A DNA stretch of 55,193 nucleotides from Prorocentrum cordatum (Eukaryota). Each line of letters starts with the position of its first letter. Position 1 is the stretch's first letter. The translations under genes and the position numbers were made by a program. The notes under the pieces are model-generated. The model made no database searches and was not told the DNA's origin. It worked only from the letters and a program-made list of their open reading frames with translations. The stretch covers positions 62,001 through 117,193 of the forward strand of contig CAUYUJ010000177.1 in NCBI GenBank assembly GCA_963575745.1, read 5' to 3'. This document shows positions 24,290-36,569 of the stretch, one piece after another.

Positions 24290-27200
24290 TCAGGTTTGCA
24301 GAATGCGGGGCGCAGGGGGGCCACATCTGTAACGTACGGCCCCGCTCCACATCCATTCATGTTCAGAGGTCTCTGGCCAACGATGATAATTTCGGCTCTC
24401 GTATACAATCCGCTACATGCGACAGGTGACAGGCTAGTGGAGATTTCGCTCGACCTCGCCAACATCATTGTGGTTGGATTGCCCGGTACTCTCAGAAAGG
24501 CTGTTTCCGATTTGGATTCCCAGGTGTTCATGGCCCAGAATCGTGTGTGCGTTGGTGCAGGGTGGCGGCGAGGGAGCCGTACCAATCGTTCAGCTGGAAT
24601 CGCCGCCCTCCTCCCGCCAGGGCGGAAGCAACCTGATATTCGCCAGATTGCCGTGCCACCTCCTGAACTTCAGGGCCAGCGGGCCTCCTATCGAGTGCGG
24701 CAAAGGGGGATGGAACCTGTGCATCATGGTGCTGTATATCCCTCATCGTCTTTCGTCAGCAGAGGGTATGAGAGCGTACCCTGCGTGCTGTCCTCAGTTA
24801 GAATCGTTGGCGCAGGGGCGATTCAAAAGAGACTTCCAGGCCGTTGTCACCCCATTGTGTTGGCTGGCGTTAACGACGGGATGGGTTTAGTCAAGAGAGA
24901 GGGGGGGCGTGGTTGGAGGTGGAGACCGAGGCGGTGGAAAGGATGCGGACCAAGGAGCGACATCTTGGAGGAGCAGGTCAGAGGTTTCGTGAGCTGCTTG
25001 AATCAGCCGATCTGTTTTCGCCTACCACGTTCAGAGAGTACCCCCCTCCCCGCCGATTGTTCATGGAGGGAATGGCAGCAGTTCGATGCAGCAGTTCGAT
25101 GTTGGATCACGTGGCCATCCCTCGTCGCTGGTGCGATGCTGTGCAGTATGCCAGTCCTCTTCATGCTATAGAACGTAACTTGCAGGTAATACCCAGTCGC
25201 GAACCTCTAGACCGCATTCCCGTGCTTGTTACGGTCCAGGTTCAGCGATGGGGACGGGGGCAGCAGCAACAGCAGGTGCAGGCCTCCGACGGCCTTGAGA
25301 GGGAAAGCGCTAAGTGGGATAGGGATATGCTTATGCAGGGGGTCCGTGGAGGGCCCGTTCGGGAAGTTTTTCCTTTGGGAAGTTGAAGCTGCGCTTGAAA
25401 AGAATTCGGATGCTATGTTACAGCGGCCGCGTGCTGTTCGTAGGCCAGATGTGCTCGCGGAGAAATTAGGATGTGTACTCCGCATCCCGGGCGCCAGGCG
25501 TGTCTCGCGGGGCTCGCGGAAGACGGGCATCGAAGCTACCTTGCGCCAAAAGCGACTCGAGTTGCCCACCCTGCGTCGCCAGCTTCGCGGGCAGTTCCAA
25601 ACTCTCAGCGATGATGAATACCAGGCACGTTGTGAGAAACTTCGGGATGTCACCCGTCGAAGCAAGGCTCTGCATCGCCGTCGTCGTCATGATCGCAATG
25701 AAAAAACCGTCGCTGAGATCTGGGGCGCCTGGCGGGCCCGAGATTTTGCACTCGTGCGCCGACTTTCGCTGCGCCTCGCAGGAGGACGTTATGGTCGTTC
25801 CGAGAGAGATCCACGGAAGCTCGACGGCGCCTCTCCAACATCAGATCAGTGGATGGAGGTATGGGGGCAAGAGGGAGGGATGGGAGGGATGCAGGCAACT
25901 CGTGCTATGTGGTCAGACTTCTGTGAGCATCAGGATGCGCTGGCCAACTCTCCAGGGCCAGTGGGTGACGCTCGAGCGTGCTTGCTTCCGTGCTGCGCTT
26001 TACTTGGAGTTGATGCGGAAATATTTCTCGAGGGGCCCCGAACGTCGTGAGGCCTCCTCATGGGCGCTTCCTCTGGAGCTGTGGCATATATTTATAGGCC
26101 CTGCCAATGCTCGCGCTGCCTCTACTGCGCGGGCCGGTCTTGGGGCCGACAATGGCAAGACAGATGGCTACTGTTCTAAGCTATTGCCCCACAGGGTCTT
26201 CGCTGGCGTGCGATCCTGGGGCGCGGTGCCTAAGCTGTGGAAAACTTGTCAAGGGCTTGCTTTGGTTAAGGCTGCCATTGCTGGACCACGGGGGAAACGA
26301 GTTGTACGTGGGTTAGATCCGCTCGGTGCAACGCGGGAATCCTCGAGGCTGGGCCCAAGCTTGTGAATTCTGTATGTGACAGCGGCTTTCTCCGACATCG
26401 TCGCCTGGGAGGTGCAGTTGCAGCTTGCGTGATCGCGGGCTGGGGGCTCGCGCAGACAGGTATCCATTGGTGCGATTCCCTGACAGATTTGTCGAATGCG
26501 ATTGCCCCCCCCCCAAGTGGGAGTCCCCGGATGAAGCGTGCAGGGTGATGACCCAACAGCAGGATCGGAAGCTATGTCGACAGAGGCATCGCACTTCTGG
26601 CTGCATGCCCCCGTCGTCCGTCGGCCCAGTTACGATCGAGTCTGGATGTGGAGCATTGCAGGGCGACCCGTCCGCGGTGGCCAGCTTCGTCCGAGTGTCC
26701 ATAGGCCCAGGCGACCGATGGCTTCAGCGATGCTAGGGGGAAGACCGAGGCGAGCAGCTGCTTTGGTCGACGTTGCCCGCCGAGCTCGGCATCGGCACCC
26801 AACCTGCCTTGGCTTGCAGAAGTTCGCTGATGATCTTCTCAAATTGCCGGTCATTGGACCCCCTTGCAGTGCTCAGTCTGTCGGTCGGCCCCTTGATCTC
26901 GATGGCCGTATTTTGGGCGAGGAGCTTAGCGCGATCGGCCGTAAGTGAAACCAAAAGAAGCAGGGGGCGACCCTTTCGGTGCCCCCCCTAGCTGTCGGCG
27001 AGGTGCTGTTGCGATTCGGAGAGACCGCGAAACGCGTTTGAATGATGCCTTTCGCCACCCGGGGCCGTATGCGATGCCTGCGCGGGCTTTCAGCGCGAAC
27101 TTACTAGACGCATTGCAGCTATGAGATCGCCCTTTCATCGATTGGGTAATTTTTTGGTTTCAGAACGGCGCCCCAATTAGGTGGGGGAGGTGCGTTTTCC

Positions 27201-28870
27201 TATCTGACATTTTTAACTCGGCGCTCTCAGTGGCGGAGGAAGTCGCGGCGCTGCAGTGCGCAGTAGCCGCACTTGCCAGACAAAACAATGAGAGGGGGGC
27301 TAGCTGGGAGGGTGAAATGGAAAGGTGGAGGTCTTTGTCGTCTCTGGATGTGCTCGCTTGGTGGCGTATCGCCCCTATAGATGTTGAGTTTTGGGCCCGG
27401 CGATTTCGCGGGTTCCAGGCGCGTGTTCGTCGCCCCGCTGCGCGCGCAGTGCCTGGCAGCACTATTGGGCGCTATGCCTGTTAGGATGGGGGTCTTCAAT
27501 GAGGGGGGCGCAGTGCGCGCTCGGGCCAATCCGTGGTCGGTTCGTCTCCAGGATGACCTCCGCTCTGAGGCTTCTGAATGTTGGGGTCGTGCCGCTAGGT
27601 CACTTATTCGCTTCTTCGAGTTCGATGTCGCTGAGGACTTCGTTTCGGTTGACGCGGGCATTCTCCGCAGTGCCTCGCAGACCTCCGAGATCCCCCCAGG
27701 CGTCCCAGTGGACTTCGAGGCCCTTGAGGCCGAGGCGTTGTGCGCTGAGAATCTACGTGTGTGTCCGTGGCCGCCATGTTCGCCCCGACTCACATCTCGT
27801 TCTGGACTGAGCAATCATATTCGGCGAACCCATCGCGCGGTGAAGCTGTCGCAAGCAGCCGCAAAGTGCAGCCGGTGCATCGTGTGTCGCGACGCATTCT
27901 GGGACAAGAAGACGGCGCAGAAACATCTCCATGGGCCGATTCTGCATGGTAGATGCTTACGAGGCAAAGCAACTGCGCTGCGTGCTCTGGCGCCCCCTGA
28001 TGTTCTGTCGCGCCGTGTCCGTGGCTCGCGTTTCTTCACTTTGGACGAGTACTTCGCCTGCGCGTGCGCGCGCCTCTCAGAGCTCCCTGAGGTTCGGCGT
28101 GGACATAGCCGTGGACTTCGAGCTGCCCCCAGACGCTCCTGCGCGGCTCTTCCCACTACGCAAGCGCCAGCACGCAGAGGGCGAAGACAGCTCTCCTGCC
28201 CGGGCAGCCCGCGTCGGCGCTGCTGGGGCGAACGGCGGGGGGCGGGGAGGAAAGGGGGCGGAGGTCGTCAAGGCGAGGGCCGCGCGCGCGGCTCGACGAC
28301 GAAGCGGGCGGTCCGCCAGGCGCTAGCCAACGCGAGGGCCATCGCCGAGATAGAGTCAAACATCAACGACGCGTTCCTGATCGCAGAACAGTCTTGGCTG
28401 GCTCAGGCGGGGATCAGAGACGACAAGTGCTGCGCCGAGTGCGTGAAGCAGCTGAAGGAAAGCACGCCAACGACGCAGCGACGGACCTCGGGTCCCTCGG
28501 GCCGTCCTGGCTCACGGTGTTCTGAATGGTGATGGCGGAGATCAAGATGCAGTCCCAGAACGGCCGGTGCAAGGATGCCTGTCAAAGACAAGCAGCCGGC
28601 CGAGATTGCGTCGATGATTCGGCGCATCTCGTTCCAGGTGCCCCAGGGGGGGAGGCGAGCGCGTGGAGGGAATTGTGAAGTTCAAGCTGGACATGGCGTT
28701 GGGCACGAACGCGGGGGCGGGCCTCCAGGAGCTGATGTATCGCGCGCTCGCCGAGCTCAGCGCGCAGCGTCTCGTGGGCTCGGCGCCCCGCCCAGCAGTG
28801 GTTCTAGAAGCTTTGAGGCCTCGAGACATTGTGATTGTTGACTGGCATGGGGCGGTTATGGATTCAATGT
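24290..28870 (+). mobile_element. Decayed non-LTR (LINE-like) retrotransposon: APE endonuclease, RT, C2H2 fingers and a downstream ORF
   Basis: Colinear degenerate motifs across frameshifts (see the pol feature). Boundaries approximate; no poly(A) or TSD found. Confidence 0.85.
24383..28090 (+). pseudogene. Frameshifted pol ORF (APE + reverse transcriptase + C-terminal C2H2 zinc fingers)
   Basis: APE-like: LVYNP, SAGIAALL, AVYP, LAGVNDG (GDFN-like), LDHVAIP, DRIPV. RT: VPKLWK...LVK...GKRVVRGLDP, GFLRHRR, TDLSNAI, GALQGDP, KFADDL, NQKK. Zinc fingers: LSNHIRRTH, CIVCRDAF...KHL. Confidence 0.88.
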
Positions 28871-28890
28871 GGAAGAGCTTCACGGATTGA
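28098..28890 (+). pseudogene. Frameshifted ORF of unknown function immediately 3' of pol
   Basis: High-complexity, helical-looking segments RQALANARAIAEIESNINDAFLIAEQSWLAQ, LGPSWLTVF and KFKLDMALG...LQELMYRALAELSAQRLVGSAPRP. Confidence 0.55.
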
Positions 28891-31085
28891 GGGTGATTCC
28901 CTTTCAAAGCGTGGCTCTCGCCTTAGCGCGGTGCGCGTTCGTTTTAGAAACCTTGCAAGAGCTTCACGGATTGAGGGCGGGTCTTTTCAAATGTGGCTCT
29001 CGCCCCAGCGCCGCGCCTTTTCCCATTGAGCATTTACAAGAGTTTCACGGACTTCCGTGAGCAACGTACCAGAAACGGTGTTTTGAAAGGATTCAGTATT
29101 ATGCGGGTGCAGCAGTTCTGTTTATCCGCGGTGTTGGAGCCCCACCAATGGAGTTCTGGCACGATGCAGGGTCGTCAGGACGCAGCAGTCAGGTGGATCC
29201 GTGTCGTTGAACTCCCGAAAACAATGTTTTGGCATGCTTTAGGATTTTCACACGGTTGTCTTCCATCGACACAGCTCCCTCAATGGAAATGAACCGTTGT
29301 ATGGGGGCCTGTGAAAAAAAGGAGCTTGGAGGGAGGGTTAATTCCAACATCGTTGATGACTCTTGGGTTTACACTGGTCCTCCTCTTCCTCCTGCTCCTC
29401 TTCCTCCTCCTCTTCCATTCTTTTTCTGTCTCAGCGTTTTTTCCTTGTCGCACATCAGAACCCGTTTTTGGGGCGGGCTGGGCGTTTCGCTTGAGACTTC
29501 CTCACCACTTATGACCCTGAAGCTTAACCGTTGGCAACTGTTTTGGCAGATGGAGGGCGGGCCGTTTTCAAAATGTGGCTTTCGCCTTAGCGCCGCACAT
29601 TCGTATTCAAAATCTGCAAGAGGTTCACGGATTGAGGGCGGGCCGTTTTCAAAATGTGGCTCTCGCCCAAGCGCCGCGCACATTCGTTTTCAACGTTTGC
29701 AAAAAGCTTCACGGATCGAGGGCGGGTGGTTTTCAAAATGTTGGTCTCGTTTTAGCGCCGCGCACATTCGTTTGCAAAATTTGCAAGAGGTTCGCGGGAT
29801 CGGGGGCGGGTGGTTTTCAACATGTGAATCTCGCTTTAGCGCCGCGCACATTCGTGTTCAACGTTTGCAAGAGATTCGCGGATTGAAGGCGGGTTTTTTT
29901 CAAAGTATGGCTTTCGCTTTAGCGTCGCGAACATTCGTTTGGAACATGTGCAACAGTTGCGCGGATTGGGGGCGGGGGGTTTTCAAAATGCGGCTCTCGC
30001 TTTAGCTCCGCGCACACTGGTTTTAACACAATTGCAACAGCTTTGCAGATTGAAGGCGGGTCGTTTTCAAAATGTGGCTTTCGCCGTAGCGCCGCGCACA
30101 CTCTTGTTCAACAGTTACAGGAGTTCACGGATTCCCATGATCAGCGTACCAAAAAAATGTGTTTAGGAAGGATTCGCGATTGTGAGGGCACAACAGTTAC
30201 GATGATTCGCGGGGTTGAGGCGCCAGGAATGGCGCTCTGGCGCGATTCAGGATCGCCAATACGCAACAGTCAGGTGCATCCGCGGCGTTGGCATACGGGG
30301 AATCATGTTGTGGCATGCTGCAGGGTCCCCGAACGGTTGTCTTCCAACGAGGCAGCTCCCTCAATGGAAATGAATTGTTGTAGGGGCCTATGGAGAGGGA
30401 GCTTGGAGGGGGCGTTAATTCCAACATCGTTGATAACTCTTCTGTTTACAGTCGTCGTCGTCGTCCTCCTCCTCCTCCTCCTCCTTATAGATAACTCTTC
30501 CCTATCCCGCTACGAGGCTAGTTTTTAGGGCGGGCCGGGCGTTGCGCTTGAGACTTCCCACCGTTTGTGACCCTGTCGTTTTAAAAGTGTCAATCGTTTC
30601 ACGTATTGAGGGCGGGTGTTTTTTTCAAAATTTCGCTTTCGCCTTAGCGCCACGCACATTCGCTGTGAACAATTGCGAACGTTTCACGGATTGAGGGCGG
30701 GTGGTTTTCAAAATGTGGCTCTCGCGTTAGCGCCGCGCACATTTGTTTCCAACATTTCCCAGAGCTTCACGGATCGAGGGCGGGTGGTTTTCAAAATGTG
30801 GCTCTCGCTTCAGCGCCGCGCACATTCGTATTCAACATTGGCAAAAGTTTCACGGATTGAGGGCGGGTGGTTTTCAACATGTCGCTCTCGCTTTTGCGCC
30901 GCGCACATTCGTATCCAACATTTGCAAAAACTTCACGGATTGAGGGCGGGTTGTTTTCGAAATGTGGCTCTCGCCTTAGCGCTGCGCGCATTCGTTTTAG
31001 AAAATTAGCAAGAGCTTCACGGATCGAGGGTGTATCGTTTTCAAAATGTGGCTCTCGCCTTGGCGTCGCGCACATGCGTTTGAAC
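28872..31085 (+). repeat. 83-bp satellite arrays inside tandem higher-order units of about 1.1 kb (head - array - tail - (CCT)n)
   Basis: CACGGA phase at 30685/30768/30851 gives an 83-bp period. Tails at 29050-29380 and 30130-30450 are homologous, as are heads at about 29465 and 30522. Confidence 0.92.
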
Positions 31086-31127
31086 AAATTTACATTGGCT
31101 GACATTGTCACATGGACATACTCATAC

Positions 31128-31596
31128 TCCTCCTCCGCCTCCTCCTCCTCCTGCTCCTCCTCCTCCTCCTCCTACACCTCCTCCTCCCCCTCCTCCTCCC
31201 CCTCCTCCTTCTCCTCCTCCTCCTCCTCCTCCTCCTCCTCCTCCTCCTCCTCCTCCCCCTCCTCCTCCCCTCCCCCTCCTCCTCCTCCTCCTCCTGCTGC
31301 TGCTGCTCCTCCTCCTCCTCCTTCTCCTCCTCCTCCTCCTCCTCCTCCTCCTCCTCCAGGGGGGCGTCGCCGTGGAGTCACCCGGTCAGTTCACCTCTCG
31401 CCTGGACGGGGGGCGTTTTTTTTTCTGTCGAACTGTCACGGGGCTGCCGCCTTGCGGGTGAGCCTGCGTGCGCGCACGACCACGGCGCGGCGGGGCCCGT
31501 GGCGCGCCCCGTTGGGCCGCCGTGCGGGCAGGGGCTGTGACGCCCAGCTTGTCCAAGGGGGCGGGGGCGACGCCCAAACTCGCGACTCGCGGCGGC

Positions 31597-31629
<33 letters not shown>

Positions 31630-31695
31630 TTTTTTTTTTTTTTTTTTTTTTTTTTTGTTTTTTTTCTCTCTCTCTCTCTCTCCCTTCTCTCTTTT
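31128..31695. repeat. (CCT)n, poly(T) and (CT)n tracts
   Basis: Direct. Confidence 0.9.
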
Positions 31696-33976
31696 CTCTC
31701 TCTCTCTCTCTCTCCTGCTTCGAGCCCCGCGCCAAGGGCGCACGTGCTCCGTGGAACAGCAGCGCCCGGGTCAAGCACACCGCCTGTTTCTGTGGTCGCG
31801 CCTCTCCCGCCCGCGCGCGCGCTGGCGTGTGGCTTTCGGTCGAGTGGCTGGCCGATCTCCGCCCGCCTCCCCGTCCACAGTCTCGCGATGTCGCGGGCGC
31901 GAGGTCGCTTCAGCTCGGGGACGCTTTGGCGGTGTCCCAGTCCCCCAACTGTGTCGCTGTCGCGGACGATGAAACGATGATGGGCGGCGCTGCGGCGAGC
32001 GCTGCCTTGTTGAAACCACCGCTGCTCAAACTTTTTACTTTTGTTGCGCACGTCGTGAGCGCGGTGCACGGATAGACAAGAACCAGTACCACCTAGTGTG
32101 ACGAATGGTGGCGCTGCGCAAATACGAGAGAACACCGCCTTGAGAAGGATTTATTGTTTAAGTGTGCTACTCTTGCGCCGCACATGGAAAGTATGCAGTG
32201 CTCGACGAGGCCCACTTCTTGAGAGGGTGCGCCCCCTGCCACCACAGCAATAGCAAACCCTGTCCGGTGCGGAGTCAAGAGGTTGACGCCGAAAGGGGGC
32301 GGCGAAAATTGTACTGTCACCGGCGAGAGCTCTCCCGACAACTGCGTGTAGCGGTGTGGCGAAAGCCAGGTTGTGAGTAGGCGCCGCCCACCTTGCTAGC
32401 CCCCCCAGGGAGGACCACCTTTGAAGAGGAGCCGGTCCCAACCTCGTCTCATGAGGCCGCGCACTCGTAGGGGCGAACGCGCAGCGTCCAGGCGCGCGCA
32501 CCAGATGGCAAAGGAACCGCCCTCTTATCGTTCAGCTTTTTGGCCCGCTTTGGCGACAGCTGCGCGCGGCGCTGGGGCAGAACAAGAAAAACTGCCGCCG
32601 CCCGTTGTCGAAGACGGTGGCGAAGAGGCCGCGCGCAGCGCAGAGGCGAGCGGCCCCTCTTCAGAACGAGCGCCGTCCCGTCCGCCACGATGGTTGTTGC
32701 AGGTTGCCGGGGCGAGAGCGCGCAGCAGGGAGGAACGCGCCGCCGGAAACCGCACTCGCTCCCCACATCCTGCGAAGCGGGGTGGCGCCAGGACCTGCTG
32801 CCAGGGCCTTTTTTTTTGTTTTTGTTTTTTTGCTTTCCCCCTTGTTTGTTTCTCTCTATGTTTTTGTGCTGCTTTTGTTTGTTTTTGTTTTTGTTTCTCT
32901 CCCCTTTTTTGTTTTTGTTTTTGTTTCTCTCTCTCCTTTTTTTGTGCTGCTTTTTCTGTGGTCGGATCCTTCCCCGTCCCCGCCGCCTCTCCCCCCCCGC
33001 CAGGGCCCCGCGTCGGCGGGTCCAGCGGCTCCTCCGCGCGCCGCCCCTGCCCTGTGGCCGCCCGCCGGCCCCCTGCGGGCCCCCCGGGCGCGGCGCCCCC
33101 CCGGGGCCGGGGCGAGGGGCCGCCCGCGCAGGCCCGCCGCCCGCCGGAACCGAGCCGCCCCCTTGTGGTATCGCTCGGGCGTTTTTTTTTTTTTTTGTTC
33201 TTCCGTTTTTTTTTTTGTTTTGTTTTTGTTGTTGTTGTTTTTTGTTGTTGTTTTTGTCCCCCCCCCCTCTTTCTTCTTACCCAGTCGGGCGGGGACTACG
33301 GACGAGCAGCCTGGAGCACCCTGCGGAAAAAAACACGCGCAGAACCGACAGAAACACAGGAAATGGACGTCCGAGCGATGGCCAGGCCCGGCCCCGGACG
33401 GAGGCCGCAGGCCCACCAGAGGAGCCGCTCGGCCAGGGCGGGCCCTGCGAGATCCCAGCGCTGCACGCCCCCACTTCCTCGTTCCGCCCGGCAAGGGGCG
33501 CATTTTTCGCAAGCGCGAGTGTCTTCGCCTGCTCTTCTCTTTCTGCGTCCCCTCCTTGGCTTCGCTCTCCTCCTCGTACCTCCCTGTGCACGCTAATCCC
33601 GGCGCTGTTGTAGATTTACGCTTGCCTTCCCTGTCGAACTCTGCCACTCGCCAAGCAAACAGTTTTTTCTTGTTTCTTGTTCTTGTTTTTGCCCCCCCCC
33701 CCCCGCCCCCCTTTCCCCCTCCCGCTCACACCACCTCTTCCGACGGCGCAGTCCCAGTACCAGGCAGCCGCGAAGGAACCCGCTGCCGTTCGCTCTCGAG
33801 CTGCCGACTGTCCTCCCGGTGCGGTTGCCCACCTGCTGGCCGCCTCCCCACGGGCATCCGTCGCGCGGCCTTCGCGCCGCCAGCCGCCGCCGCGCGCCAA
33901 CTGCCCAGCGAAGCCTCCCGGCAGGCGTCGGCCTCCTGAAGCCCGCGTTTCGCGCACGTGCTCAGGGCAGAGAGGC

Positions 33977-34890
33977 AGTTTCCCGCATCTAGCGGAGCAG
34001 CGCGTGCGCCTGCTGCCACTACCCAGCTTTCTTGAACGCGCTGGCCCCTGCGTTGTAGCGGATGTCGTCTGGGTGCGTTTTTTTTTGTTTTTTGTTCTCG
34101 GCTTCCCCTCGCACGGGGCTTCAAGATAGTAACCTCCGGTGCTACTGTACTGCTTGCTTTTTCCTTGCACGCGTGGCCCCCAGCTCTGCTGCAGATGGCG
34201 TTGGGATCCACCGTCGCCTCCCGTATCTTGCCAAGTAGCGACAGAACGGAGGACGTCGGCCGTCAACTTCGAACGCCGCGTCTCTCTGAGTAGCGCTGTG
34301 GCGCGCTGCCACGGCACGTCTTTCTCGGCACGCGCTGGTCCACGCGTTGCAGCCGGTGACGTCTGGCTTCCTCTTCCTGGGGAGGGCCCCCCCCTGCCGC
34401 TGTGCGCACCTCGTGCGTGCGCTGCTCCACGGTTCTGTGTTCCTGGCCGCCAGTTTGTTCAGCAGCGATTGGCCCCGCTGCTGTTCCTCCTTTCATTTTT
34501 TTGTTTTTTTTTGTTTTGTTGTTTTTGTCTTTTTCCCTCTTCCTTTTTCCCGCTGCCCCCACCGCTGCACTTGATGCCGTTCAGCGCCGTTTATATTACT
34601 GGGTGTGAATAGCGACAGTGAGTGCCTGGTGCCACTTCGTGCTGCAATGGAGTGGGCGTTGTGATCCGAGCGTTGGGGCTGAGGACGTCCGTCTTCCACT
34701 TCGTCTCCCGCCTATCGCTGAGTAGTAGGCCTTTCGGTGCGCTGTCGTGGCCCTCCCTTCTCCGGCGTGCTCGTCCCAGCGCTGCTTTTGCTGACAGTCA
34801 CGTGCATTTTATGCCCAGCCTCCCCGGCGGTGCCCGAGGCCAGCTTCCCGAAGGCAGTCGCGAGGCGCGCTGCCACTGGCCTCCTTCCTC
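33977..34890 (-). pseudogene. Pentatricopeptide-repeat (PPR) protein pseudogene fragments
   Basis: PDDIRYNAGASAFKKAG*WQQAHALLR*MRET (34072-33977); CNAWTSAC/EKDVPWQRATALLRETRRSKLTADVL (34360-34250); RACEEGGQWQRA and SAGTSTPEKGG...LLSDRRETKWKTDVLSPNA (34890-34660). All resemble the dinoflagellate PPR consensus SYNAGISACEKGGQWQRALALLSEMREAKLEPDVI as I recall it. Confidence 0.8.
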
Positions 34891-34949
34891 GCAGGCTCTG
34901 TGCTGGGGCCGGGCGAGCGGGGGACCGGGGACGAGGAGGTGCTGCTCTT

Positions 34950-36275
34950 TGCAGTAGTGGTGGTGCTGCTGGTCGCGGACGTAGTGCTTCCGGTCGCAGT
35001 AGCGGTGGCGCAGCTGCTGAACGCTGTCCTTGTGGTGCTGCTGGTCCCATTCCTCGTGGTGCTGTTGCTGGTAGTCGTCGTTGTGCAAACAGTTGCGGTC
35101 GTAGTGGTGGTGCTGGTCGCGGTCGTGGTGGTGGTGCTGGTGGTGGTGGAGCTGCTGCTGGTCGCAGTTGTGGTGGTGGTGGTGCTGCTGGTGGCCGTCG
35201 TGGCGCTGCTGGTCGCCGTCCTGGTTGTGCTGATGGTGGTTTTGGTGGTGGTGGTGGTGGCCCTGCTGGTCGTTGCCGTGGTGCTGCCGGTCTTTGTCGC
35301 GATGGTGGCACTCTTGGTCGCCGTTCTGGTGCTGTTGTTCGCAGTCGTGGATGCCTGCTGGTCACAGTCTTGGCGCTCGTGGTCGTGGTCGTGGTGGTGG
35401 TCGTGGTGTTGCTGGTGGTGGTCGTGGTGGTGCTCGTTGTGGTGGGGCTTTGGCGCCTGTCGTGCTGTTCGTGGTGCTGCTTGTCGCCGTGGTCGTGGTG
35501 GTGGCTGTGGTGCAGCTCCCAGCGCCTGGCGTTGATCGTGGCGCTGCCGGTGTCGTCGTGTTGCTGGCTGTGGTGCTGCTCGTGGCGCCAGCGGTGCTGC
35601 TCGTGATGTTGCCGGTTGCCGCCGTTGTGGTCGCGGGGTTCGTGGCGCCTTCGGCGTTGCTCGTGGTGCTGCCTGTCGCCGACGGGGTCGCCGCTGGTGG
35701 TGCTGCTGGTCGCGGTGGTGGTGGTGCTGGTGGTGCTGGTGGTCGCAGTCGTCGTCGAGCTGTTGCTGGTACTAGGTGTGGCGCCCTAGCTTGCAGTCGT
35801 AATTGTGATGTTGGTCGCGGATATGGTGCTGCTGGTCGCAGTCGCGGTGGCGCTGCTGGTCGGTGTCGTGGTGGTGGTGCTGGTCGCACTCGTCGTGGTA
35901 CTGCTGGTAGTAGTCGTCGTGCTGCTGGTGTGGTGCTGGTCGCAGACGTGATGGTGGTGCTGGTGGTGGTGGCGCTGCTGGTCGCTGATCGCAGCCGTGG
36001 TGCTCCTGGTCGTTATCGTGATGGTGGTACTCTTGGTCGCTGTCGTCAGTCGTGGTGGTGCTGGTCGCAGTCGTGGTGGTGCTGGTCGTGGTCGTGGTGC
36101 TGCTGGTCGCTGTCGTTGTAGTGTTGCCGGTTGCGGTCGTGATGGTGGTGCTGCTGGTCGCTGTCGTGGTGCTGTTTTTCGTAGTCGTGGTGGTGGTCCA
36201 GCTGGTCGTCGTCATGGTGGTGCTGCTGGTCGCAGTCGTTCTGCTGGCCGCAGTCTTTTTATGCTGCTGGTCGCA
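34950..36275. repeat. Degenerate (GGT/GCT/GTC)n trinucleotide block
   Basis: Direct. Confidence 0.85.
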
Positions 36276-36569
36276 GCCGGGGCGGTACTCTTGCGGGTGT
36301 GGCTGCGGGTTCATCACGATCGCCCCTATCGCCTCCTACCGTACCGGTGATCAGCTCTGATGTGTGTCTTGCCACCTTGTCTGCGTGTGGGCTGGCTCCC
36401 CTCAGAATAGCGTCAGACGCTGGTCGCCTAACCTCGTAGGGGGGGCTCCGGGCCGGTCACGGGGGGCCACTTGGAAGGACAGTTTTCTACCCTGGTTGGG
36501 ACATGTGCGTTTGCTCCGCCGCAGGGAGGATCGCCGTCCTGGCAGTGGCGGGGGGGCCCGCTTCGCATC

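Noticed and set aside
32250..32380. GAAA-capped hairpins (TGGC-GAAA-GCCA) suggesting a ribozyme or riboswitch
   Set aside because: Only 3-4-bp stems; no hammerhead CTGA.GA core or other complete consensus.
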